64,000 nucleotides of DNA from Candidatus Latescibacterota bacterium (GTDB taxonomy: Bacteria > Latescibacterota > UBA2968), in assembly GCA_965198115.1 (NCBI GenBank), contig OZ240241.1, positions 96,001 to 160,000 on the forward strand, in the 5' to 3' direction. This document shows positions 32,832 through 44,050 of this stretch, one piece after another (the stretch's first letter is position 1; each line of letters begins with the position of its first letter). The position numbers and the translations under genes were made by a program. The notes below the pieces were generated by a model. That model was not told where the DNA came from, ran no database searches, and was given only the letters and a program-made list of their open reading frames with translations.

Positions 32832-34448
32832 ATGAAGTTCAAGAGCGCCAAAATCAAGAACTTTAGGCGATTCACGGATCTGACGGTTCTGGGTATCCCC
32901 CAAAAGGCGCGATTGATCATGCTTGCTGGCCCGAACGGATGCGGCAAGTCTTGTTTTTTCGATGCACTGCATACTTGGTACAACTGGACGACGGCAAAGA
33001 ATCGATTATGGGAAATGGATTACCACGGCAAGGCTGGTTCACCTCACCGCGACAGCTGGGGCAATGATGTCAAGCTGGAATTCCACGAACCTCTTCCTCA
33101 AGAGAAAAAGAAAATCCTTTACGTGAGATCGGCATACAGAAACGATCCAGAGTTTCCAGATTCAACGCCTCAACCGGGCTGGCGATCCACTCAGCGAGCG
33201 TCATGTCTCACGCATGATTGACAACGATGCAGCGGTGGCCCGGAACTTTCGACGACTAGCCTCCCAGGTGTTTGACGACATCTTCGAGCCCGAGGACGGA
33301 TCAGTGACTTTGGACCAATTCACAGAGCAGCTCATTGGAGATATCAGGACAGCTTTCTCCAAGCTGTTTCCAAATGTGGAACTCAACAGTCTGGGGAATC
33401 CCCTAGAGGACGGGACCTTTCGATTCACAAAGGGAACGAGCAGAGGTTTCCAGTTCAAAAATCTCTCGGGAGGAGAAAAGGCTGCGTTCGATCTGATTCT
33501 CGATCTTGTCGTCTCCAAGCGCGCTTACGACAACACCATCTTTTGCATCGACGAGCCCGAGTCGCACATGCACGCACGCCTTCAGGCCGATCTCCTGTCC
33601 GTGCTCTACGACCTAATCCCAGCGAACTGCCAGTTACTGCTGGCGACGCACTCCATAGGAATGATGCGACGGGCGCGGGACATCGAAGCGAAGAACCTGG
33701 AAGCGTTGTGTTCCTAGATTTCGGGAACTACGATTTCGACCAGCCCCAAACCATCGAGCCAGTGAAAAACCCGAACCGGGCCTTCTGGGAAAGGGCCTAC
33801 AAGGTCGCGCTCGGCGATCTAGCCGCATTGGTTGCACCGAGTCAGGTCGTCATATGCGAAGGTGAGCCGCTGGCGAGTCGGCCCGTTGGGAACCACTCCC
33901 ATGACGCTAAATGCTACGAGCGCATATTCGAGGATGAGTTCCCGCAGACTAAGTTTGTGTCAATGGGAAGCGATCGACAAATCATTGGCGACAAACGGGG
34001 ATTGGCGGAGGCGCTTCGCGTGTTGATCGGCGGTCTGAAGGTCGTGCGGCTCATCGACCGCGACAACCGAACCGATGGAAAAATCTCAGAATTGAGAAAA
34101 GAAGGAGTCCGAGTTCTGTCGCGGCGCAACCTGGAATCTTATTTGTTCGACGGTGAGGTTATCCAAGCGCTCGCCACGTCGGTCGGGAAGGCAGACAAGA
34201 CCGAAGAACTCCTCGCGGAAAAGAATCGTATCCACGCCGCCAAGAGCAGCATCGGATCTTCCCAAGACAATCTAAAACCTGGAAGCCACGATATTTATAT
34301 TGCCTGCAAGAAAATCCTGGGCCTCAACCAATACGGTAACGATGCGAAGGAGTTCGCGCGCGAGACACTGGCCCCACTCATCAAACCCGGAATGGCCGTT
34401 TACGAGGAACTGAAAAGTGACGTCTTCGGCGCGACAACGCCACTCTGA
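32832..34448 (+). pseudogene. AAA/ABC ATPase with OLD-like TOPRIM domain (putative defence nuclease), two frameshifts
   Basis: GPNGCGKS Walker A, LSGGEK, CIDEPESH Walker B, ICEG, IDRD, RRNLESYL across ORFs 32832/33214/33543. Confidence 0.8.
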
Positions 34449-34852
34449 GCGGTGTGCCGAGTGCAAGATCCGGGTCGTGAGAAAAGACGTGATTGAGGAG
34501 AATCCTGAGATCCCGAGCATCGTCGATATCATAATAACCGAACCCGCCTCGGTCTCCTCTGCTGCTGCAGGTGTGGAGGCACAGGCGCTTCGGGAAAAGG
34601 TACTTCGTCTTGAAGTCCGTCTCTGAGACAGGGTATACTTGATTAGTATATCCCATAGGAGTGAGTGAATCTTCCTTCGGCTGATCAAACCGGAAGTCAG
34701 AATGGAGTCTATGGTTTACATTCTCCACCAGTTCTACCACTGATTCTGTATCGTTGAAGTCTGTAGCTTGAGTAAGGGCATTCAAAGCCGCCTGCCCTTC
34801 TGCTACGCCGCAAAAGCCCTTTCGAGCACGAACGTCATCGAAAACCTGATCG

Positions 34853-35483
34853 GGTCAAGTCCCATAGTCAGTTGAAAACTCATCGGGCCCCGTAGTTTGG
34901 TCAGGCTCTCTTTTGAGCATTCTGTTCGTTGTCGAGATTCAGATCTTTGTTCAGTGCTTGCCTGAGTAGGGGAAGATGTTTGTATCCGCTCACGCGTCGC
35001 AGGCGAGGTTCGATGTCGAGGAGTGCGGCAGCCACCCATCTGTGTCTCTGGGGAGAGTTGTTCCAGCGTCTGACCTTCCGAGTGAGCTCGCCGGTCCTGC
35101 TGTTGAGGGCTTCGATGCAGTTGGTGGTTCGGAAGCTTCGTTTCAGGAATGGGAGCATACCCAGCCGGTGGAGGGTCAGGGTTTCCTCCAGGCCTTCCTC
35201 GAGGCTCGTTGCGGCAGACTGATTCATCAGCTTCAGTTCGGGTTTAAGTGATTCGAGTGCGGCCTTTGCCTCCTCGTAGGTGTCGCAGTCATAGGCTTTC
35301 TGAAGCTTCCGTCGAACTCTTGGACGTTCCCTCTCCGGGAGATAGCTGACGACATTCTCGCGCTTGTGCCACTGACAGCGATGAACGCGCACATACCCTT
35401 TGAGGGCTTTGGTGACAGCACTGCGGAGTCCCTTTGAGCCGTCAAGCACAACGAGAAGGCCCTGGTCGTAGCACAGGCCTCTC
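34853..35483 (-). mobile_element. IS256-family 3' half (same family as 22094 and 31019)
   Basis: Near-identical to 31453-32079; right IR at 34853. Confidence 0.88.
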
Positions 35484-35987
35484 TGACCTGCCCCCATCTA
35501 TGTATCCACATCCAGAGTTAGGATGCGGCCGCGATGGGCGGATTGATGACCACCGGTGCGGGAGGTCGATAGCCTAATGCGCTGTGGGGTCGGACGTGAT
35601 TGTAGTGCCGTCTCCACCAGGTGGTCAACACTCTCGCTTCGTGCACGGTCGTGAAGATCTCGCCATTGAGCAGTTCGTCCCTTAGCTTTCCGTTGAAGCT
35701 TTCGATGTATCCGTTCTCCCAGGGGCTGCCCCGCTCGATGAAGAGTGTCTGGACGCCCAACCTGGAGAGCCAGGATCGGACAGCCTTGGCCACGAACTCC
35801 GGGCCGTTGTCCGACCGGATATGTTTGGGGACGCCATGCTTTAGCATCAGCTGCGCCAGTGTCCGCAGTACATCCCGTGATGTTTGCTTACGAGCGACCT
35901 CGATCGCCAGACACTCGCGGCTGTATTCATCCACAACCGTCAGGCACTTCAATGGTCTGCCTTCACGCGTCCTGTCGAACACGAAGT
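35484..35987 (-). mobile_element. IS3-family 3' fragment (orfB integrase core)
   Basis: IRSDNGPEF, PWENGYIESFNGKLRDE, RPHSALGY; terminal TGACCTGCCCCC. Confidence 0.9.
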
Positions 35988-37690
35988 TGTCAATGATCGC
36001 CCTAATGGAGCCACTTAGAAGTGGCGATTTCAGGGTCTCGGACGGGGTGTGTATTTAGGGTTTTTGGTCTTCCTTTCCAAGCGTCTTTTTGGGTGTTTTG
36101 GGTAGCGGTTTTGGCGTGCGGTAGCTTTCTCCGTCGAGTATGACGCGGTAGGCGGCGTGCCGGAGTCGATCGAGGGTAGCCGCGCCGAGCAGCCGATTTG
36201 GAAAAGCGTCTCCCCATTCGGTGAAGTCGAGGTTGCTGGTCACGATGGTTGCTGTCCGCTCGTAGCGTTCTGAGACGAGGTCGTGGAAGTCCTCGTCGTG
36301 CGGAGGCGCCATCGGTTTGAGTCCGAAATCATCGATGATGAGCAAGGGTGCTTTGGCGAAGGTTTGGAAGCGGCGCTCGAAGGTGGCCGTTGCTCTTGAA
36401 GCGTGGAGCTGTCCCAGGAGTTTGGTTTGGGTGGTGAAGAGGACGTCGTAGCCGTTTCGGACGGCGATGTGTCCGAGTGCCTGTGCGATATGGCTCTTTC
36501 CGGTGCCACAGGGCCCGGCGATGAGGATGGCGACCTTCTCCTCGATGTAGCGGCAGGTGGCCAGGTCCTGGATCTGGTCTTGGTTGATGCCGAGGTTGAA
36601 GTCGAAGTCGAAGCCCTCGATCGTCTTTTCACCGCGGAAGCCGGCACGCCGCAGCCGCATCGCGAACTTCTTGTTCTCGCGTCGTGCGACCTCATCCTAG
36701 ATGAGGAGCGCCAGGAACTCTGAGTAGGCGAGTTTTTTCTTGATGGCCTCCTGGTTTCTGTTGGGGAGGCTTTCGAGGATGCCGGAGAGGCGGAGGCGCT
36801 TGAGCATGGGTGCAAGTTCGGGCATGGGGTTCATTTTGTGTCTCCTGGTTGTGTTCAGTTGCAGAGGCTGGGAACATCCCGACAGTAGCGGCCCTTGCCG
36901 GTATATGCGTCAGTGAGCGGTGTGGTGGTCACCTCATCGTCCTTTTTCTGGTCCAACCCGTTGTCGAGGATGGTCTTGATGGTTCGGTAGCGTGGGTTGT
37001 CGTAGGCCAGGGCACGTTCGCAGGCGGCTTCGAGGCGGTTTGCCCCGAAGGTCTTCTTCAGGCCGACCACGCCCTGTGCTGCACGCAGGTTGTCCAGGAC
37101 CTTGTCTGAGAAGAGTCGTTCGATGAGGGTGCGGCAGGCCGGGCCGATGATACGGGATTGTTTGAGGCACCATTGGGGGTCGCGCATCAGGTAGGCCCTG
37201 GCCTCCGGTGGCAGATGGTCCGTTACGGTGGAGCGGGCGCCGGGTCGAATGCCGCGAGAGTGAACGGCCACGACCTGCTGCTCCCGGAACACACGGACGG
37301 TGGTCTCCGTGACGCGCAGCCATAGAGATTTACCCACCAGCGTGTAGGGCACGGAGTAGCGGCATTTTTTCGAACTGCACGTGGCAGTCGCCGTGGACTT
37401 TGGCTTGCGCCCACGTCGCGAGCTCAGGTGGGATGTCCGGCAAAGTCCTGAGGAGGTGACGTTCGGTCTCCACAAAACGTGTGAGCGGCTTTTCTCGAGT
37501 TGTGCCGTGGAGACGATTGCCTGCCGGGCCGAGGACCCATTCCTTGAGCTGCCGGTTCGCGTCGGAGAGGCAGCGGAAGTCCCGCAATGGGAGAAAGTTG
37601 CGTCTCACATACTTCACGCCGGCTTCCACGCGTCCTTTCTTCTTCGGGTCGCGGACCGGACAGGGGGCGATCACGAAGCCATAGCCTAAA
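35988..37690 (-). mobile_element. istB: IS21-family remnant (istA 3' part, istB with internal stop)
   Basis: End TGTCAATGATCG; istB GPCGTGKS, IIDDFG, LDRLRH with in-frame TAG near 36697; istA DPKKKGRVEAGVKY. Confidence 0.9.
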
Positions 37691-37740
37691 TATGAGACCG
37701 TCACTACGCGTGTTCCATAAACCCGACCCATGGAGCCCAT

Positions 37741-38625
37741 ATGGCAGCAAAACGATATGCGATGGACGAATACCTCGATCACTTCAAGGAAAACGGCTAC
37801 GTCGTGGTGCACGGGGCGCTGTCGCCAGAGGAGGTAGCCCGGGTCAATGACGGTATCGATGCCTACAGGGCGGCGCATCCGGAAGAATGGGTGATGGAGC
37901 CGCGGCCGGGCCACGATGCGGTGGGAAGGGATGCGCCGGGGGTGATGGAACGGACGGATGCACTGGATGGGGTGATCCATCATCCGTCGGTGATTCCGCT
38001 TGTGAAGGCGATCCTGGGGGAGGGGTGTCTGTGTTCGGGGCTTTCGTTCCTGCGACGCGAGCCGTGTCTGGTGGATCCGCCGGAGGATATCGACGGGGGC
38101 GATCCTCTGGCGCTGTCGCGTAGGTGGCATCGTGAGGACAGCGGGAACGTCGAGGGGGCGGACTGGAACGACTACTTCGCGCCCGCGATCCAGGCCATCT
38201 ACTACCTGGATGACGTTGACGAGACGACGCACTGTACGAGCGTGATCCCGGAGAGTGCGGCCACAAAGCGATCGCTGCCGAAGACAACGGAGGGAGACCT
38301 GCGGATCGACGATCACGAAACGTCCTACGTCGATCCAGATAAGCCACGGTGGATGGACTCGTTCGGACGGGAGAATCTACGACGCATCGGGGGTGTCGAC
38401 GTCCACGCCGGAGCGGGTTCGGCCGTCGTGTTCAACAACGCCAGCTTCCACTGCGGCACGATTCGGAAGACCGATCGCATCCGCCGCACGGTGCACGTCC
38501 GTTATCGTCAGCCGGAACCGGTCAGCTCGAACCACGCGATGTCAACCTATTCCCGACAGGTGGGGCATACCGTCGCGGATTTCCAGGCTGCTCTCCCCAA
38601 GCGGGCGAGCATCGGGACGATTTGA
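37741..38625 (+). CDS. Phytanoyl-CoA dioxygenase (PhyH) family protein
   Basis: HFKENGYVVV, WHRED (HxD), AGSAVVFNNASFHCG. Confidence 0.85.
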   Translation: MAAKRYAMDEYLDHFKENGYVVVHGALSPEEVARVNDGIDAYRAAHPEEWVMEPRPGHDAVGRDAPGVMERTDALDGVIHHPSVIPLVKAILGEGCLCSGLSFLRREPCLVDPPEDIDGGDPLALSRRWHREDSGNVEGADWNDYFAPAIQAIYYLDDVDETTHCTSVIPESAATKRSLPKTTEGDLRIDDHETSYVDPDKPRWMDSFGRENLRRIGGVDVHAGAGSAVVFNNASFHCGTIRKTDRIRRTVHVRYRQPEPVSSNHAMSTYSRQVGHTVADFQAALPKRASIGTI

Positions 38626-39591
38626 GAATGCGAAAACCGAGATCTGAGATTGCGGCTCATCGAGTGCCGGCTGCCGCGGCCTCATTGTAGAACAGCTTGT
38701 GGAGAATCCTGTAGATGATGATTCCAGACTTCCCGCAACGTTTACTCTGGTAGCTCGTAATGACCGACTGGGAGGAGAAAAATGGGAGCAGACCCTAACA
38801 AGATCCGTCTAACTGGCGAGAACTTGTTTTTGCGTATCGGAGCGTCCGAGGATGCGGATCCGACGGCCGAGAACAGCCACTGGCGGATCGTTGCAACTCT
38901 CGGAAACGTGGACAATCCCACCCGATCATGAGTGGGCAGAGGATGCCCTATGATGTGGCGGATGGTAACGGTGTCCTGCGGATAGCAAGCAGGACGGCTG
39001 GCTCTACGGGTCGGTAGCCGGAATCTCCCGTACACATCGGAAACCCCACACATCACTTGACTTGTGGTATCGGGGGCGGGTCTTCCTCGATCAGCCGCCC
39101 TCAAAATTGAAGTCCAAGGACCTTGACTGGGACCCCCACCCAATCTCTACTACTGCTTGCCGTAGCCCGTATCTACGGGATACATCATGGGCAATTCGTC
39201 GTTCTTCCCCTCCCCGATGTTGTCCCATTTCAGCGCACTCGTCCGGCCCCGATTGCGGCGACGAGTTGCCCGAGGAGTTGCAGCACTTTGCCCCTGAACC
39301 GGCGAAACGTCACGAACTCAGCGACGCTAGGGACTTCGGCCTTGAGGACGGCACCGAGGTCCGACGGGCTTGTGCCATAGAGATCGTTCGACGCGTTGTG
39401 GCCTGCCTTGAAGTCCGAATACAAGTGGTAGATCCGGTCCTTCGCCGCGTGATCACTCTCGGCAGCCTTTCTCTCTGTCGATGGGTTTGAACATCTAACT
39501 GGTACCAAGACTCCAAGACGCCAAGAAAAGCGAATCTACACGAAGTCGCGAAGGAACCTTGCTGACGACGGACGTTTGTCAACTGACAACT

Positions 39592-40566
39592 CTACGTCGG
39601 CAAGACGCCTATGTCTTCGCCGTTTCTGAAGGCGATGGCGTCGTCGATCATTCTGATGATGTCGTACTGTGGCTCGAAGCCGATCAGGTTTCGAGCCTTT
39701 GACAAGTCGAACTGATAAAACGTCGGGATGCCCTGCGACACGGCGTCGATGTAGGGGACGTCGAGTTTCTCTGACAGATAGGGAACGGCCGTGTCCCACG
39801 TGAACGGGCCGTGGCCGCCGAGTTGAATCGTTTGACCGAAGGCCGGTTCCTTGCCGAGTGCGTCGACGCACCCCTGCACGATGTCGCGTACATCTGCGAT
39901 GTGTTTCTTGTAGGGTCGATTGCGGGTGTCGCGAAGGACGACGAGTTTGTCTTCACCATCCCACAGGTCGGCGAATTCGGGCCGTGATTTAACCGTGCGT
40001 AAATAGAACTGTCGGAAGTCGAGGATTTCGCCCGCGCCGACGACGAGACAGAATCGGACGATCGTGACGGGCAGGTGGAAGGTTCTCACGTAGCCGTGAC
40101 AGAGCTCTTCGCCGAGCGATTTCGAGAGCGCATACCACCCCGATGGCTTCCTCGGCAAGTCGTCCTCACAGATGGGCTCTTTCATCCCTCCCCGGGGATA
40201 CTTGGCATAGATCGCATCCGTGCTGGCGAAGATCAGATGCTCGAGTTGCTCGTTCCTTCGCGCTGCCTCGAGGACGTGAAAGGTGCCCTTGACGTTGATG
40301 TCGAGGTATTCGGATTCAGTGAAGGGTCCACCGCCCTGGAAAGCTGCACCGAGGTGGTAAATGGCATCGACGCCATCGACGGCTCGCTCGACATCCTCAG
40401 TCTCGGTGAGTGTTCCCTCGATGAGGTCTACAGCGAGTGGTTCCAGTTTTTCTGTGCGGGGATCCTTTGGCCAAACCAGACCTCTGACTGTGTGATCCGC
40501 CTCGACCAGCCGTGCGGCGAGGTTGGAACCGATTCTGCCCGTGATCCCCGTGATCAGTATGTGCAT
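39592..40566 (-). CDS. NAD-dependent epimerase/dehydratase
   Basis: MHILITGITGRIG; YALSK. Confidence 0.9.
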   Translation of the reverse strand: MHILITGITGRIGSNLAARLVEADHTVRGLVWPKDPRTEKLEPLAVDLIEGTLTETEDVERAVDGVDAIYHLGAAFQGGGPFTESEYLDINVKGTFHVLEAARRNEQLEHLIFASTDAIYAKYPRGGMKEPICEDDLPRKPSGWYALSKSLGEELCHGYVRTFHLPVTIVRFCLVVGAGEILDFRQFYLRTVKSRPEFADLWDGEDKLVVLRDTRNRPYKKHIADVRDIVQGCVDALGKEPAFGQTIQLGGHGPFTWDTAVPYLSEKLDVPYIDAVSQGIPTFYQFDLSKARNLIGFEPQYDIIRMIDDAIAFRNGEDIGVLPT

Positions 40567-40897
40567 CGTGCCCCCTTGATTTTGGGATCGGAGGGTACCT
40601 GTGTGGTCGGGTGGACGCAACCGGAAGTTGTCAGTTGCCACTCCTCGGGCGTCGAAAAGAACCGGGGATCGCTTCACAAGTAACTGGGACGTAATACGTT
40701 ACGAAAAAGTGGACGACGCGTTGTGGGCCCTCGTCCGCCTGCGCGAGGTGTCTCCGCAGTCCACTGGTCGGTTCTTCCTATTTGTTCGTTAGAAGCTGTC
40801 GTCAGTGCATTGAGTTGCGGAAATGCCTTGCTGGGGGATGAGCGATTCCTTATCAAACGGCCGGATTGTCCACACGAGAGAGAAGGAGATTTCCAGG

Positions 40898-41920
40898 ATG
40901 GCTTTGACGCGTGACGCGCTTCGGAAACGGATCGATGCAGTGCCTCGTGTCCGATTGGGTCACTTTCCGACACCGCTGGAGTATCTACCAAGGCTGACGG
41001 AAGCGATCGGCGGGCCCAGGATCTTGATCAAACGCGACGATTGTACCGGTCTGGCGTTCGGCGGAAACAAGACGCGACAGATCGAGTTCACGATCGCTCA
41101 AGGCACGAGTCGAGGCGCGGATGTTGTCATCGGGGGAGCTGGCTCGCAGTCCAACCACTGCCGGCAACTGTCTGCAGCGGCAGCCAAACTGGGTCTCAAG
41201 GCGGCGATCGCCGTGGTGAAGGACCACAAGAGCGGGGGTGGTGGAAACCTGCTGCTCGACGATCTTCTAGGTGCCGAGGTAGAGGTGGTGGAGGTCGAAA
41301 CCCAGGAGTATCTGGACGAAGCGAAGCAGAAGCTCCGCGAACGTTTCGAAGCGGAGGGACGCAAGCCCTTCATCGTGATGCAGGCCGTCAATCGACCATT
41401 CGGTGCGATGGGCTACGCACTGGCTGTTGCGGAGATGGCCGATCAGGCCGATGCGATGGGGGAGCGCATCGACGCGATCGTGACGTGTTCTGGCAGCTGC
41501 ACACAGCCGGGAATCATCTTTGGAAATGCCGCCATCGGATTAGGCTCGCGTATCTATGGCATCGCGCCGATCGAGTGGACGTATGACGTGAAGGAAGCTT
41601 TCCACGGCGTCCTGTCGCGAATGACCGAGATCCTGGATGTCGATTTCTCGTTCGAGGATGGTGACATCTGGAACAGTGCGGATTACATAGGACCCAAGGG
41701 CTACGCCTTCTGCTCCGAGGAGGGCAACGCAGCGCTTCGGCTGATGGCAGAGACGGAAGGGATCATTCTCGATCCGATTTACACCGGGAAGGCGCTGGCG
41801 GGGCTGATCGACCTGGCCAGCAAAGGCGAGCTGGCCGAGGACGAAACGGTCGTGCTGGTTCACACGGGTGGCACACCCGCGCTGTTCGCGTATGGCGATG
41901 AGTTGATGCGCAAGGGGTGA
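40898..41920 (+). CDS. D-cysteine desulfhydrase/ACC deaminase family PLP enzyme
   Basis: PTPLE, IKRDD..GGNKTR, QSNH, LDPIYTGKA, HTGG. Confidence 0.92.
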   Translation: MALTRDALRKRIDAVPRVRLGHFPTPLEYLPRLTEAIGGPRILIKRDDCTGLAFGGNKTRQIEFTIAQGTSRGADVVIGGAGSQSNHCRQLSAAAAKLGLKAAIAVVKDHKSGGGGNLLLDDLLGAEVEVVEVETQEYLDEAKQKLRERFEAEGRKPFIVMQAVNRPFGAMGYALAVAEMADQADAMGERIDAIVTCSGSCTQPGIIFGNAAIGLGSRIYGIAPIEWTYDVKEAFHGVLSRMTEILDVDFSFEDGDIWNSADYIGPKGYAFCSEEGNAALRLMAETEGIILDPIYTGKALAGLIDLASKGELAEDETVVLVHTGGTPALFAYGDELMRKG

Positions 41921-42021
41921 GCGCAGTTGATGCTGCGCGATGCCTTCGAGAATTACGAGACACGCGTGTTGCCCGTCTGAAGGGACGCGTCCCATCTGTT
42001 CAGAGAGGTGGAGCACTTTCG

Positions 42022-43371
42022 ATGATTTCGCAACTGCTGGCTGAGAGAGAACGGAACGGCCACCCGATTCGCGTCGGCATCGTCGGGGCGGGAAAATTCG
42101 GGACGGGGGTCGTCGCACAGGTTTCGCGAATGAAGGGGATGACTGTCGCCGCGATCGCGGACATCAAGCTGAACGGCGCCAAACAGGCTTTCGAGGCAGG
42201 TGGGATCTCGGCCGACGCCACCTACGTGGTGGAGAAGGAAAACGGGCTGGAAGATGCGATACAGTCGGGCAAATACGCGATTATGGAGGATGCCGGGTTG
42301 CTCGCGCGGTCCGATTCGATTGACGTGATCGTCGAGTCCACGGGACTTCCCGAGGTCGGCGCTCGAACGGCCCACACGGCCATTCTGCACAACAAGCACG
42401 TCGTGATGGTGAACGTCGAAGCGGATGTGACTGTCGGTCCTTATCTGAAGAAAATGGCGGACGCTGCGGGCGTCGTTTACTCGCTCGTGGATGGTGATCA
42501 ACCGGGATGCACGATGAATTTGGTCGAGTGGGCGGAATCGCTGGGCTTCGAAATCGTCGCTGCCGGACGGGGAACGATTATGCTCGATGACGACCGTGAA
42601 GGCGTTCCTGACACGGTGCCGCAACGTTACAACTTCTCCGACGAGGTGATCGCCCGCCGACGAATCAACTTCAAGATGTATAACTCCTTCCGCGACGGGA
42701 CAAAGGCGCAGACGGAGATGACGGCGCTCTCGAATATGACGGGGTTGCCGCCCGACGTGCGTGGGATGCACGAGCCCGCCGTGGCAATCGCCGACATTGC
42801 TCGGGTGATGAGTCACGAGGGCGAAGGGGGAATCCTGTCACGTAGTGGGGTCGTCGAACTGGCGAACAGCGTGACCGTCGAAGGCCAACGCATCCCTCAA
42901 TCACTGGGGATGGGCGTGTTCGTCGTGATTCGGACAGACCATCCGTTCATTCAGGAAGACCTTTCGGGGTACATCGGCATCACGGGAGGCGACGGGAAGA
43001 ATTTCCTGTTGCACCGACCGTATCACCTCGTGGCCATCGAAGCGCCGATCACGATCGCCAACGCCGCGCTCTACGGAATGCCGACGGGCGCGCCGATCGG
43101 TCACATCTCGGACCTGATCACGGTGGCCAAGCGGAATCTGCAGTCGGGAGAGGTGCTCGACGGCGGTGGGGGCTACACGGTCAACGGGTTGATCGAGCGT
43201 GCGGATGTCGCCCGTGAGGAAGGTCTGCTTCCGTTGGGGCTGTCTCCTGGCGCAAAGCTGAACCGCGCGATCGAGACGGGTGAAGCGATCGGCTACGCGG
43301 ATGTCGACGTCCCGGCGGATTCGTTCGTCTACAAGATTCGCCAAATCCAGGATGAATCCGTAGAGGGGTGA
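42022..43371 (+). CDS. NAD(P)-dependent oxidoreductase with C-terminal SAF domain (homoserine dehydrogenase-like)
   Basis: VGIVGAGKFG, VNVEAD..GP, DGDQPG, DGTK, RPYHL, LDGGGGYTV. Confidence 0.9.
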   Translation: MISQLLAERERNGHPIRVGIVGAGKFGTGVVAQVSRMKGMTVAAIADIKLNGAKQAFEAGGISADATYVVEKENGLEDAIQSGKYAIMEDAGLLARSDSIDVIVESTGLPEVGARTAHTAILHNKHVVMVNVEADVTVGPYLKKMADAAGVVYSLVDGDQPGCTMNLVEWAESLGFEIVAAGRGTIMLDDDREGVPDTVPQRYNFSDEVIARRRINFKMYNSFRDGTKAQTEMTALSNMTGLPPDVRGMHEPAVAIADIARVMSHEGEGGILSRSGVVELANSVTVEGQRIPQSLGMGVFVVIRTDHPFIQEDLSGYIGITGGDGKNFLLHRPYHLVAIEAPITIANAALYGMPTGAPIGHISDLITVAKRNLQSGEVLDGGGGYTVNGLIERADVAREEGLLPLGLSPGAKLNRAIETGEAIGYADVDVPADSFVYKIRQIQDESVEG

Positions 43372-43375
43372 TTTT

Positions 43376-44050
43376 TTGAGAATCGTGGTCACATCAGCGG
43401 CCTCCGAGGCCGGTCGTCTGTTGGTGGAGGGTCTTCGTGGCGATCACGATGTGGTGGCCACCGACCTGCCCGAAGTTGCGGAGACGACTGACGGAGTGTC
43501 TTGTGCACTCGAAGCGGACGATGCGACTGCGGAGCTGGTCGCCGGTGTGGACGCGATCGTTCACGTTGCCCGGTTGTCACGGGCGTCGGCCGATGCGTTC
43601 GGCCGCGCCGACAATGCGGCTGTCGACTTTCACTCGCGGTGCACCTACAACCTGTTGACGGCGGCCGCGGAGGCGGGTGTGGCGCACGTCGTCTATTTGA
43701 GTTCGCTATCGCTCTTTGCTTCGTGCGATGCGTCGTGGGATGTGACGGAACGCTGGCAGCCGCGTCCGACGACCGACTACGAAACCTTGCGTCACGCGAT
43801 CGGCGAGTTCACCTGCCGCGAATTCGCGCGCGAGCACCGTATCAAGGTGACGTGTCTGCGAACGGGAACGCTCGGGGGCAGTGGCGTGGATCGTCTTGAC
43901 GTCGACGATCTCGTGATCGCTGTCGGGCGGGCGCTGGATCATCCCCCCTCCGAATGGGAGGTTTACCACGTCCAGTCCAACGTCGAGGGACGCCGGTTCG
44001 ACACGACGAAGGCGACGGGAGTCGGATTCGTGAAGGGTGGGTCGTCGTGA
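43376..44050 (+). CDS. NAD-dependent epimerase family protein (degenerate Rossmann motif)
   Basis: VAGVDAIVH, TYNLLTAAAEAGV, GEFTCREFARE. Confidence 0.75.
   Translation: MRIVVTSAASEAGRLLVEGLRGDHDVVATDLPEVAETTDGVSCALEADDATAELVAGVDAIVHVARLSRASADAFGRADNAAVDFHSRCTYNLLTAAAEAGVAHVVYLSSLSLFASCDASWDVTERWQPRPTTDYETLRHAIGEFTCREFAREHRIKVTCLRTGTLGGSGVDRLDVDDLVIAVGRALDHPPSEWEVYHVQSNVEGRRFDTTKATGVGFVKGGSS

Noticed and set aside
34450-34850. Minus-strand ORF fragment (34381-34785)
   Set aside because: Probably a decayed gene cut by IS256, but no assignable motif.
36695-36700. In-frame TAG in istB as pyrrolysine or read-through
   Set aside because: Lies in a truncated, frameshifted IS21 remnant; a simple nonsense mutation is more likely.
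38700-39560. Short ORF fragments between phyH and the epimerase
   Set aside because: Look like degraded gene pieces; cannot be assigned from sequence alone.
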